Part shown: piece after piece, positions 26,998-35,798 of the stretch
Layout: every line of letters begins with the position of its first letter
How positions within the stretch are numbered: position 1 is the stretch's first letter
NCBI GenBank assembly: GCA_015486285.1
Contig: WFRX01000140.1
Location: forward strand, 1,621 to 65,620
DNA: 64,000 nt
Direction of reading: 5' to 3'
Origin: a bacterium
Lineage (GTDB): Bacteria; Desulfobacterota; DSWW01
Made by a program: the position numbers and the translations under genes
Notes under the pieces: model-generated
Told to the model about the DNA's origin: nothing
What the model saw: only the letters and a program-made list of their open reading frames with translations
Databases searched by the model: none

Positions 26998-28785
26998 TCA
27001 GTCTTTTCCGTCCCGTTGGAGATGCGGCGGCCCGAGCCGCCTGTCCAGCCAGGCGGAAGCATCCTGAACCCTGGTTCGCTGATTCGGGCATTTGAATCGT
27101 TCCCGCATGCCCGCCAGTATCCTGCGGGCGCTCCGCCAGTCCCGGATCCTTGCAGCGAAGTCGAAAACGAACAGGGCCTGTGTGATATTCCGGACTTTTT
27201 CCAGGCCCCGTCCCCTGCGAGGAACGCCCCGCGGCAGGGTCACATCCTTGCGGGCAAAGACCGCGGCCGCGGGGCCGTAGAAAGCGAGCTTCCAGTCCGG
27301 GGCGTGCAGAAACCAGCCGATCAGGCCCCGGCACTCATAGCGTACACAGCAGACCTGAAAGGGGAAGTCCCGCAAGAAGGCCCGGACCCTGACCCCCGAA
27401 TGAAAGGCCCCGTACCGGTCGAGCCACGCCTTGAACGGAAACTGGCGGGGATCGATCATCACCTTCTCTTCAGGCCACAGCGCCCAGAGCAGGTAGCCCC
27501 CGCTGCCGTAATCGTTTCCCAGCCGGTAGCGGGGGAGGTGGCTCCGGATGAAGTCCGCCGCTTCCACCGGATTCTGGTAGGAGATACCGAAGCCGCACCA
27601 TCTCGAACCGTAGGGTTTGCAGACGGCGTCGAAGCATGCGCGGGCTCCGAAAAAGACGCACGCCAGAAGGATCAAACCGCCCAGGGCGGAGGCCGGGAGG
27701 CGGCCGTCCGGCCGGAATCCCCGAGGCCTGCGAGCCAGGAGATGGACCGCGCTCAGGGAAAAGACCGGCGCCCAGTAATAGGTCGCCCGCAGGAAGCGGG
27801 TGAACAGGAAGGCGAAGGCCAGGTTGGTCAGGAGGATCGCGTAGTCGGGACGCGGATGTTTCGTCCTGTGCGCCATCAGGCTCAGCAGGATCAGACCGGC
27901 CGCGGCCAGGTAGCTCGCGTAATGAAAGTGTGCCGCCCGCGGGTCCAGCGTGGACATATAGGCCTCGATGACCTTGAAGTATCCTTCCTGTGTATGGACG
28001 AGCAGGGAGGAGACGAGATGGGCGGGATATCGCCAGCCATAGGGGGTTACGAATATCGCGAGGCCGCTCAGGACAAGGGCGGAGAAGAACGGGGGCCGCA
28101 CGGCGGCCGGGATGGCCGCTTCGGGCGTGAAAAGCAGGTTCAGCGCCTCCCCGATCCCCATCACGAGGAAAAAGACCGCACCGAAAATGAAGCCGCCGTG
28201 GCTGTTGACCCACAGGAGCATGAGAGCGGGCAAGAGCCAGCAGGTACGCCGGGCCCTGTTTCCGCCCCCTTTGATCCGCAGCCAGGCGAGCACGGTAAGG
28301 GTCATGAATACATAGGAAAAGATCTCCGGCTTGATGTAGGCCGCGTTCTGCGACATGAGCACGCCGAGCAGGCAGATCAACCACGTCAGGGGATGTCCGG
28401 CAACCCCGAGCCGCCGGGCCAGGAGGTAGACGGCCAGCACAAAGATCAAGAGGCATGCATACCGGAAGGCAAACAGGGCGGGAAGGCCTCCCGCCGCGTG
28501 GAGGAGATACAGGAAGATCTCGGAAAGCCATGCGCAATAGACGGCGGCATTCTCGGCGGGCGTCCAGGTGAATGCGGTGTGGTCCGGGATGAGGGTCCGA
28601 TGCTCGATCAGGTAGCGCCCATACGCCATCTGCCACCAGAGATCCCCGTCCCGCACAGGCTCCGCATAGCGTATGCCCAGGGTCAACAGCACCACCAACC
28701 CGAGGGCCCAGGGCCAGACCCGGTGCCACTGTCTCTTGTCTGCCCGCGCCACGCCGTCCGCGGAGGCCGCCGGAATTCGCTTCAT
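26998..28785 (-). CDS. Multi-pass membrane glycosyltransferase, GT-C fold (ArnT/PMT, COG1807-like)
   Basis: 595 aa with about 11-13 TM segments; sits next to ArnC-like and ArnB-like genes. Start ATG 28783-28785 overlaps the stop of the upstream antiporter gene (ATGA). ORF 26998..30195 in the track is a fusion artefact across three genes. Confidence 0.55.
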   Translation of the reverse strand: MKRIPAASADGVARADKRQWHRVWPWALGLVVLLTLGIRYAEPVRDGDLWWQMAYGRYLIEHRTLIPDHTAFTWTPAENAAVYCAWLSEIFLYLLHAAGGLPALFAFRYACLLIFVLAVYLLARRLGVAGHPLTWLICLLGVLMSQNAAYIKPEIFSYVFMTLTVLAWLRIKGGGNRARRTCWLLPALMLLWVNSHGGFIFGAVFFLVMGIGEALNLLFTPEAAIPAAVRPPFFSALVLSGLAIFVTPYGWRYPAHLVSSLLVHTQEGYFKVIEAYMSTLDPRAAHFHYASYLAAAGLILLSLMAHRTKHPRPDYAILLTNLAFAFLFTRFLRATYYWAPVFSLSAVHLLARRPRGFRPDGRLPASALGGLILLACVFFGARACFDAVCKPYGSRWCGFGISYQNPVEAADFIRSHLPRYRLGNDYGSGGYLLWALWPEEKVMIDPRQFPFKAWLDRYGAFHSGVRVRAFLRDFPFQVCCVRYECRGLIGWFLHAPDWKLAFYGPAAAVFARKDVTLPRGVPRRGRGLEKVRNITQALFVFDFAARIRDWRSARRILAGMRERFKCPNQRTRVQDASAWLDRRLGPPHLQRDGKD

Positions 28786-30134
28786 CAACGCCCTCCGCCT
28801 GGAAGCTTCTGTGCCGTCCCCCTTGCCTCCCCGCTCTGCTCGAGAGCGAACTTGAACGCGATGGGGCCGATGATCTGATTGATCACAATGACCGCGAGCA
28901 GAAGGGTGAACAGGATCTCGCCCCCTTCCGGAAACCGCCGGGGAATGAGGCCGGCCAGGCCGATCGAGACGCCCGCCTGGGTAATGAAGCTCATGCCGTA
29001 GAGATTGCGCGTCTTGAAGGGGGCCCGGAGAAGCGCGAGCACGGAATGACACGCGATGAAGACGCCTGCGATCCGAATGCCCGCATAGAGTATCGCCACC
29101 TTCCACATCGCCCTGAGGGCATCCAGATCGAGATCCGTGCCGGCCAGGGCGAAGAAGACGACAAAGATCGGCAGGAAGGAGCGGTTGATGGTTGTCTCGT
29201 AGAAGGCTCCCTTTCCGAAAAGGTTCCGGAGAAAGAAGCCCGCGCTCATGCAGATCAGAAGCGGCTCCAGGTGCAGGGGGAGGCCGGCCATGATCGCGGA
29301 CTGCTCGGACAGGGCCTGCGAGAGCCTCGTGACCAGGAAGGCGACGCACAACAGGAAAAAGATTCCCTCCCTGCGGATCACCGTGACGTAGCCGCTCATG
29401 AACCACGCCAGGAAGAGGCCGAGCAGAAGAGAAAGGAAGAACTCGGCGGGTATCCGGAGCCAGAGGCCGCCGGTGTGGGCGGGCACGCCGGCTTCGGCGG
29501 CGCCCGCCAGGGCGAGAAACAGGGAAAAGAGCATGATGACCAGGATGTCCATGACCACCGTCACGCACAGTACGGACTCGGAGAAGTCCCCTGCCGCCCT
29601 GCACTCCTTGATGACCGCCAGGGTCGACGACGGAGAGCGTGCGATCGCCAGCGTGCCGAGCAGCGCCGCCAGGACGATCTTTTGCGCCGCCGGCAGGGCC
29701 GGCAGAGACCCGACGCGGGGAAGGGCGAAATAGAGAAAGGCGAAGATCGCACAGAAGACCGTTAACGGCACGACGACGATCAGGCCGGACAGGAGCCTCC
29801 ACTGCCGTTTCAGATTCTGTGTGCGGAGTTCGAGGCCCGCCGAAAGGGCGATAAAGGCCAGGGCGAGTTCGTCGATGAAACGGAGGGACGCCACCGACTC
29901 GGGAGAGAAGTATCCCAGGACATCGGGCCCGAGGAGGATGCCGGCGAAAAGGTATCCGGTAAGCCTCGGCAATCGGATCCTCGCCGTCCACTCGCCGAAG
30001 AGGTACGCGGCAAGCAGCAGAAAGCCGAAGTTCAAGGTGAGCTGTACTTCCGTGAGCGAGAAGGCGTGCGGAAAGGCCTTCAAGAGAAGTCCCTGCAGCA
30101 GCACCAGAACGGACAATACGAACAGATGGGTCAT
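28785..30134 (-). CDS. Cation:proton antiporter (CPA/Na+-H+ exchanger family), copy 2
   Basis: Polytopic membrane protein with a CPA-like fold and a GxxLGPxxLG-like N-terminus (LFAGILLGPDVLG). ATG at 30132-30134. Confidence 0.7.
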   Translation of the reverse strand: MTHLFVLSVLVLLQGLLLKAFPHAFSLTEVQLTLNFGFLLLAAYLFGEWTARIRLPRLTGYLFAGILLGPDVLGYFSPESVASLRFIDELALAFIALSAGLELRTQNLKRQWRLLSGLIVVVPLTVFCAIFAFLYFALPRVGSLPALPAAQKIVLAALLGTLAIARSPSSTLAVIKECRAAGDFSESVLCVTVVMDILVIMLFSLFLALAGAAEAGVPAHTGGLWLRIPAEFFLSLLLGLFLAWFMSGYVTVIRREGIFFLLCVAFLVTRLSQALSEQSAIMAGLPLHLEPLLICMSAGFFLRNLFGKGAFYETTINRSFLPIFVVFFALAGTDLDLDALRAMWKVAILYAGIRIAGVFIACHSVLALLRAPFKTRNLYGMSFITQAGVSIGLAGLIPRRFPEGGEILFTLLLAVIVINQIIGPIAFKFALEQSGEARGTAQKLPGGGR

Positions 30135-31339
30135 GTTTCTTTCGTGACATAGGCCAGCCCGAAGGGGCTGAGCACTTCGTTGAAAAGGATGGCAAGGAGC
30201 AGCACGGAAAAGGTCATGTTCAACAGGAGCGGAGGCGAAGGCCCTGCAATCCACAGATGAAAGTGAACGGCCAGTGCCGCCCCGATGCCCGCCTGGGAGG
30301 TGAGGCCCCAGCCGAGCGCATGAGCGCGCGGGTACGCCGGGTCGCGGAAGACCCGTCCGAGGAACATCGCCCCGGCGGCGCCCTGCGAAAGGGCGCGTAT
30401 CGCGACGTAGGCCAGGGCAAGCAGGACGGCAAGAGGGGCGCCGATCCTGAGATAGGCGCCCGCGATCATCAGGAAGATCAGATACAGGGGCCGCTCGATG
30501 CGCATCAGCAGATGGAAGGTCTCATCGCTTTTCAGGCTGAAATTGGCCAGAACCGCCCCGGCGATGAGGTGGATGAGAAGCGGTGAGACGCCGAGCAGGT
30601 AGGCCGCGCCGCCTCCGAACAGGACCAGCCCGATGACGATCAGGACCTTGTCCGCCTCCCCGAGGCGAGCCCGAAAGAGCATCAGCAGCAGGAGCCCCAT
30701 GAGGGTCCCGAGCAGGAGGCTGAAGGCCAGTTTTTCGAGAGGCGGGAGCGAAAGGCCGAATCCCCCCCCGGCGGGCTGGTGGAACCCGATGAGAACGCCG
30801 AAAAGAACGATGGCGATTACGTCGTTGATGCTGGCGACGAACTGCAGCACGATGCCCAGGGGACGCTTCTGTTTCGATGCCTGCTGCATCCAGAGCGCCA
30901 TCGACGTTTGGCCGGTACAGAGGGCCGTCACGGCGAGCACGGAAACGGCGAGGCCGAGATGCGGATCGGCCGGAAACCAGACACGCAGCAGGGCGTGGAG
31001 CCCTGCCGACACGAACAGGAGGAGGAAGCATCCGTACAGGAGGATCCAGAGATAGCTCGCTCGTCCGAACATCCGGAGGGCCTTCCCCTCCAGCTGAATG
31101 CCTGCGAGCAGCCCGATCCACCCGAGTCCGACGATCAGGAAAGGGCGCGCCCGCTCGAGGGTGGCGGGGTCCAGAACGCCGAGAAAGGAGTCGCCCAGCA
31201 GATAGCCCACCAGGAGGAACTCCGTTCCGGTCAGGAAGAAAAACCTCCCGGCCCGGGAAGGGAGGAGCTTCACAAAGCTCTTCCGATGGCCCGCGAGGGC
31301 GAGGATGGCGAGGAACAGGATGCCTGCTATCGTCTTCAA
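30131..31339 (-). CDS. Cation:proton antiporter (CPA family), copy 1
   Basis: 402-aa polytopic membrane protein resembling Na+/H+ exchangers. TTG start at 31337-31339 with a GAGGTGG SD. Confidence 0.65.
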   Translation of the reverse strand: MKTIAGILFLAILALAGHRKSFVKLLPSRAGRFFFLTGTEFLLVGYLLGDSFLGVLDPATLERARPFLIVGLGWIGLLAGIQLEGKALRMFGRASYLWILLYGCFLLLFVSAGLHALLRVWFPADPHLGLAVSVLAVTALCTGQTSMALWMQQASKQKRPLGIVLQFVASINDVIAIVLFGVLIGFHQPAGGGFGLSLPPLEKLAFSLLLGTLMGLLLLMLFRARLGEADKVLIVIGLVLFGGGAAYLLGVSPLLIHLIAGAVLANFSLKSDETFHLLMRIERPLYLIFLMIAGAYLRIGAPLAVLLALAYVAIRALSQGAAGAMFLGRVFRDPAYPRAHALGWGLTSQAGIGAALAVHFHLWIAGPSPPLLLNMTFSVLLLAILFNEVLSPFGLAYVTKET

Positions 31340-31385
31340 ACCGCCACCTCTCGAGGCACACGAATGGACTCGCCGGGAGGGGTTC

Positions 31386-31733
31386 TCAATCCCCCAACGT
31401 CTCCGGTCCCGGACCGATGAGATGTTCCACAGGCAACGTGAAAAGAATCCCTCGTTTCCCGTTCTCGATCCCCCCCACGGTCAGATCGATGGTGGCCAGG
31501 GCCTGTTGGAGCAACTCTTGGTCCCTGATTACGGAGAGGATGATCTTGTTGTAAGGCTTCGATCCCTTCAAGATGGAACGAAACCCGGCGAAGATCGGTA
31601 TTTCCTGGCTCAGGAACTGCAACATGCCGACGCTATCCAGGATGGATGCCCCGGGAACGCCGATCTCCAGGAGCGCCTCGAGCACTTCCGTGAGATACCG
31701 GTCTTCATTCAGGATGTATACGAGGGCCCACAT
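31386..31733 (-). CDS. PII-like (GlnB-fold, DUF190/COG1993-type) small regulatory protein
   Basis: 115 aa with a ferredoxin-like PII fold signature (ILNEDRYLTEVLEALLEIGVPGASILDSVG...); found with transporters. Confidence 0.5.
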   Translation of the reverse strand: MWALVYILNEDRYLTEVLEALLEIGVPGASILDSVGMLQFLSQEIPIFAGFRSILKGSKPYNKIILSVIRDQELLQQALATIDLTVGGIENGKRGILFTLPVEHLIGPGPETLGD

Positions 31734-31738
31734 GCCGC

Positions 31739-32206
31739 CTACGACTCCCTCTTGCCTTCTCTTTCACGCAGGAGCCGGTAGACCTGTTCCTTCGTGGATG
31801 CCTTCCAGAGGGCGTCGACGAAACGCTCATCCCGCAGGATGCGCCCGAGGGTGGCCAGGGCGCCGAGGGAAAGCCCGGGCGTGTCCGGATCGCCGAACAG
31901 ACCGATGAGCACCACGACCGGCTTGCCGTCCACGGAGTCGAAGGGGATCGGTTGCTTGAGGGTGGCGACGTAGACGTGCAGGCCCTTGATCCCCGGGACG
32001 AGGGTGTGGGGAACCCCGACGGCGTTTCCGATGCCGGTACTCATCGTCTCCTCCCGCTCGAAAAGCTTGTCCCGAAGGGTCTCCTGCGGGATGCCGATAC
32101 CGCTTTGGGCGACCGCCAGGGCAAGCCACTCCAGGGCCGCCTCCTTCGAGTCGAGGGGACAGCGGATGTAGATGTGTTCCGGATTCAGATACCGGACGAG
32201 CGCCAA
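31739..32206 (-). CDS. PTS EIIA(Ntr)-type (fructose/mannitol-family EIIA, PtsN-like) regulatory protein
   Basis: EIIA-2 fold with a conserved His region (GIGNAVGVPH). TTG start with a GGGAGGA SD. Confidence 0.65.
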   Translation of the reverse strand: MALVRYLNPEHIYIRCPLDSKEAALEWLALAVAQSGIGIPQETLRDKLFEREETMSTGIGNAVGVPHTLVPGIKGLHVYVATLKQPIPFDSVDGKPVVVLIGLFGDPDTPGLSLGALATLGRILRDERFVDALWKASTKEQVYRLLREREGKRES

Positions 32207-32218
32207 GCCGGTCCTCCC

Positions 32219-32728
32219 TCAATCCTCGACGAGAATGAACTGCTCGATATCCCGAACCGAGCCAATGCGTTTTTCCCTCCAGACGGGTTCGAATTTGAGT
32301 CCGATCCTGATCTTGGACTCGTCGTCGATCGGGAAATAATGCTGAAACACGGTGTCCGCCCCTTCGAACTGGAAGAAACCGTATCCGAAAGGAACAGGCC
32401 TCAGGTCCCCGGTCTCGGGATCGATGTAAGGGAACCGGATGATGGTGTAGGTTTCCAGGGTGGCGCGCGGGCCTACCTCGACCTCTTCCTCCATCTTGGT
32501 GAAGCACGGCGCGCAAACCTCGCGGGGCGGAACGTAGACCTTGCCGCATTTCGGGCAGCGGATCCCGACAAACCGCTTGTTCTTCTGCATCTCCTCCAGG
32601 AATCGGCTCCCGTAACGACCGACACTGTACAGGAACGGCTGTACCGCCTCCTTTGCCGAGTGAATGGTCAGGAGATCTTCTTTTTGAAGCTCTTGTTCCT
32701 TTGAGCTTTTCTTTTCCGTCGGGCTCAT
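32219..32728 (-). CDS. DUF35 Zn-ribbon/OB-fold protein (thiolase-associated scaffold)
   Basis: CPKCGKVYVPPREVCAPC zinc ribbon followed by an OB fold. Confidence 0.75.
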   Translation of the reverse strand: MSPTEKKSSKEQELQKEDLLTIHSAKEAVQPFLYSVGRYGSRFLEEMQKNKRFVGIRCPKCGKVYVPPREVCAPCFTKMEEEVEVGPRATLETYTIIRFPYIDPETGDLRPVPFGYGFFQFEGADTVFQHYFPIDDESKIRIGLKFEPVWREKRIGSVRDIEQFILVED

Positions 32729-32742
32729 GGTCCACCCCTCCT

Positions 32743-33906
32743 CTATTCAGGCTTCTTCTTTCCGTAAGCCAGCGTATCCGTCCACAGGCAGCCTCCAAAC
32801 CCGGTCGCGACCCCCAGGTTCACGTCCGGCACCTGCCTGTCCCCGGCCTTCCCCTGGATCTGCAGGGCGATCTCCGCGGACCGGATCAGGGCGGTAGCGC
32901 CGATGCAGTTCGTGGAGATCACACCCCCTGACGGGTTGATCGGAAGCGCCCCTCCCAGATCGGTCACGCCGTCCCAGACCAGCCGGGGGCCTTCCCCCTT
33001 CTTGGCGAGCCCCATGTCCTCGATCCAGATCAGGCCCGCCCAGGAAAAGGGCTGGTACAGCTCGATCACGTCGATTTCCTTGAGCGGCTCCTTGATGCCC
33101 ACCTTTCTGTAAAGCTCCTGAGAGGCCCGTGCCATGGAGAACAGGGCGCCTCCGGAAAAGTCGGCATCACTTACATAGCTGTACATGTGGCGGCTTGCCA
33201 CGCCGAGCACCCAGGCCGGCTGAGGGCAGAGCTTTTCGGCGATTCCCTCGGCGGCATAGACAACGGCGCAGGCGCCGTCCGTTCTCGGACACATGTCCAG
33301 CAGGCAGACCGGGTCCGCCAGCATGGGGGAAGCGAGCACCTCTTCGATGGTGACCTCCTTGCGCAGGTGTGCGTGCGGATTCAGGCAGGCGTGGCGCCGG
33401 TCCCTCACCGAAACGCGGGCGGCGTCCTTGGGCGTGGCCCCGTACATGTCCATATAGGACTGTGCCGTAACGGCCAGGCCGGCGATGGCCCCCGCGAAAA
33501 AGGGCCGGTCCCAGATCGGGTCGAAGGCGGTGTTGATGGCGCCCGTGGTATCGGACTCGGAGTTCTTCTCCCAACCGATGACGAGCACCTTGTCAAAGGC
33601 GCCCGAGGCGACCATGTGGTATCCCGCGATCGCCAGGGTGCTTCCGGTGGTTCCGCCCGTTGTAAGCTTCATGGTGGGCTTCATGAACCCGCCGGACCCG
33701 TCCACGCTCCAGCAGTCCACATAGTTGATCCCTTCGAAGTGGTCCATGTTTCCGATGACCACGGCATCGATGTCGTCGATCGTGAGTTCCCCGTCCTCCA
33801 GACAGCGGGTCACCGCCTCGTTGATGATCTCCTGACCGTTCACGTCCCGCCGAATCGAACGGTGGTGGGTTTGACCAGTTGCTACGATTGCCGCTCTTCT
33901 TGCCAT
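32743..33906 (-). CDS. Thiolase-like protein (SCP-x/DUF35-associated thiolase), copy 2
   Basis: MARRAAIVATGQT..., NPSGG..., and a thiolase C-terminal domain. ATG at 33904-33906. Confidence 0.75.
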   Translation of the reverse strand: MARRAAIVATGQTHHRSIRRDVNGQEIINEAVTRCLEDGELTIDDIDAVVIGNMDHFEGINYVDCWSVDGSGGFMKPTMKLTTGGTTGSTLAIAGYHMVASGAFDKVLVIGWEKNSESDTTGAINTAFDPIWDRPFFAGAIAGLAVTAQSYMDMYGATPKDAARVSVRDRRHACLNPHAHLRKEVTIEEVLASPMLADPVCLLDMCPRTDGACAVVYAAEGIAEKLCPQPAWVLGVASRHMYSYVSDADFSGGALFSMARASQELYRKVGIKEPLKEIDVIELYQPFSWAGLIWIEDMGLAKKGEGPRLVWDGVTDLGGALPINPSGGVISTNCIGATALIRSAEIALQIQGKAGDRQVPDVNLGVATGFGGCLWTDTLAYGKKKPE

Positions 33907-33917
33907 ATCGTCACCCC

Positions 33918-35063
33918 CTATTCTTTCCCGAGGATCCAGACGCAGTGCGACTGGCCGGCGACCCCGTTGACGCCGTGCGCCAGGGCCGTCCGCACGTCCT
34001 TGTCCACCTGCATGTCTCCCGCCTCCCCACGTATCTGGCGGACCGCCTCCGCGATCCGGATGAGTCCCGCAGCGATCACCGGATGAGATGCCAGGAGCCC
34101 GCCGGAAGGGTTGACCGGGATATCGCCCGTTTTCCCGGTGGCCCCGGATTCGGCAAGCTTTCCGCCTCCTCCCTGCTCGCACAGCCCGAGGCCCTCGGTC
34201 CACATGAGCTCCTGATACGAAAACGCGTCGTAGACCTCGGCCACATCGATCTCCTTGCGGGGGTCCGAGATGCCCGCCGCGGCATAGGCCTTTTTCGCCG
34301 CTTTTTCCAGGGCGGAGTATTCGGCCAGATCGCGGTCGCCCAGGAGATAGTTGTCCATGCAGAAGGAAACGCCCTTGATCCATGCCGGCTTCCCGCCGAT
34401 CTTCCTGGCTCTGTCTTCGTTGGCAATGACGACCGCCACGGCTCCGTCCGAAACGGGAGAGCAGTCGTAGAGCTTCAGGGGATCGCAGATCATCCGGGAG
34501 CCCATCACATCCTCGACCGACAGGTCCAGATGCAGGTGCGCGTTCGGGTTGCCCAAAGCGTTTCGATGGTTCTTCGAGCTTACGACCGCGCATTGTTCCT
34601 CGGAGATGTTGTGTCGGTCCATGTACCTCCGGGCTTGCAGCGCACAGGCGGAAACCATGTCGAGGCCGAGGCTGCGCACATAGATCGGGTCGAAGGCGGC
34701 ATTCGTGATGTAGGCGGAGATGCTCTCCGAGCCCTTTGAGTAGGCAGTGACCAGGGTCGTACCGTAGTGTCCGGACAGGCAGCGGCACATCCCGTAAAAC
34801 GCCCCGAACGCTCCGTCTCCCTCGACACAGGAGATGTTCCGGTCCCAGCAGCCGCTCACATCTCCTGTGGCCATGGAGGCGATGGTGCGGCCGTCCCAGA
34901 AATCGTTCGAGGTCGTGATGACGTTGTCGATGTCGTCGATCGTGATGCCGGCATCCTCCAGGGCGGCGACGACGGCGGGATACACCAGCTCAGGGTAATT
35001 GAACTCCTTGAACCGGCCTGCTGCCTTGGTCTGCCCGATGCCGACGATAGCGGCTCTTTCCAT
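33918..35063 (-). CDS. Thiolase-like protein (SCP-x type), copy 1
   Basis: MERAAIVGIGQTK..., VNPSGGLLASHPVIAAGL. ATG at 35061-35063. Confidence 0.75.
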   Translation of the reverse strand: MERAAIVGIGQTKAAGRFKEFNYPELVYPAVVAALEDAGITIDDIDNVITTSNDFWDGRTIASMATGDVSGCWDRNISCVEGDGAFGAFYGMCRCLSGHYGTTLVTAYSKGSESISAYITNAAFDPIYVRSLGLDMVSACALQARRYMDRHNISEEQCAVVSSKNHRNALGNPNAHLHLDLSVEDVMGSRMICDPLKLYDCSPVSDGAVAVVIANEDRARKIGGKPAWIKGVSFCMDNYLLGDRDLAEYSALEKAAKKAYAAAGISDPRKEIDVAEVYDAFSYQELMWTEGLGLCEQGGGGKLAESGATGKTGDIPVNPSGGLLASHPVIAAGLIRIAEAVRQIRGEAGDMQVDKDVRTALAHGVNGVAGQSHCVWILGKE

Positions 35064-35128
35064 TTGGCACCTCACTGTTCGTTCGTTGGTCGATGGCGTG
35101 AAGCGGTTCCGGCGATTCCCCGGGGGAC

Positions 35129-35587
35129 TCAAACCGGCTTGAAGTGCTCGACATCCAGAATCTTGCCCGTTCGCTCTTCGGCGAAGACGGCCTTCACCCG
35201 CATGCCCGCGCGGACCGCGCCGGGCTCGATCTCGCCCAGGAGGTGAACCAGTCCCGTGTCCGCGCCGTCGAGCCTGATCACGGCATACACAAAGGGCGGT
35301 TTCAGCGGCATGATGCCCGTATCCCGCCTCGCGACCGTGAAGGTTTCTATGACTCCCTCGTCGGAGACGTCCACCCAGTCTCCGGTCTCCACGAAGCAGT
35401 ACGGGCAGACCTTCCGGGGAGGCATGAGCACCTTGGCGCACTTGGGACATTTCTTGCCCAGGAATTTCTTCTCGTTTTTCAAGGTGAGCAGGAAACGACT
35501 GGCGGTCTCGCCCGCCTGCCAGGCATAGGGCACCTTGATCTGGCTCTCGTAGACCCGTGGTTCCACACTTTCCCAGACGTTCGACAT
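35129..35587 (-). CDS. DUF35 Zn-ribbon/OB-fold protein
   Basis: CPKCAKVLMPPRKVCPYC zinc ribbon followed by an OB fold. Confidence 0.75.
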   Translation of the reverse strand: MSNVWESVEPRVYESQIKVPYAWQAGETASRFLLTLKNEKKFLGKKCPKCAKVLMPPRKVCPYCFVETGDWVDVSDEGVIETFTVARRDTGIMPLKPPFVYAVIRLDGADTGLVHLLGEIEPGAVRAGMRVKAVFAEERTGKILDVEHFKPV

Positions 35588-35798
35588 CTCTACCCTCCGC
35601 TCGGTTGGTTTTGTATTGCAGGGATATTTCTATTTGAAAGCACTGTAACAAATGGAATAGGTTATCGAGGAACGAGGGAGTCGGCACACGGATGCTTAGG
35701 GTTAGTGTTACTTACCCAAGCTACACCCTTTTCCGGGTTTTTTCAAGAAGAACAAACGGAACAGTGAAGGGCGAAACCCCTGCTCGCAGGCCGTCGCG

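Noticed and set aside
26998-30195. Single 1065-aa ORF
   Set aside because: It is a fusion of three genes in different phases: the GT-C glycosyltransferase (26998-28785) plus out-of-frame read-through across two antiporter genes. The real gene starts at ATG 28783-28785, which overlaps the upstream gene's stop.
35675-35700. Sigma-54-like GGCAC-N5-TGCT on the plus strand at about 35681
   Set aside because: Spacing is off by one and no plus-strand gene follows. The neighbouring genes are on the minus strand.
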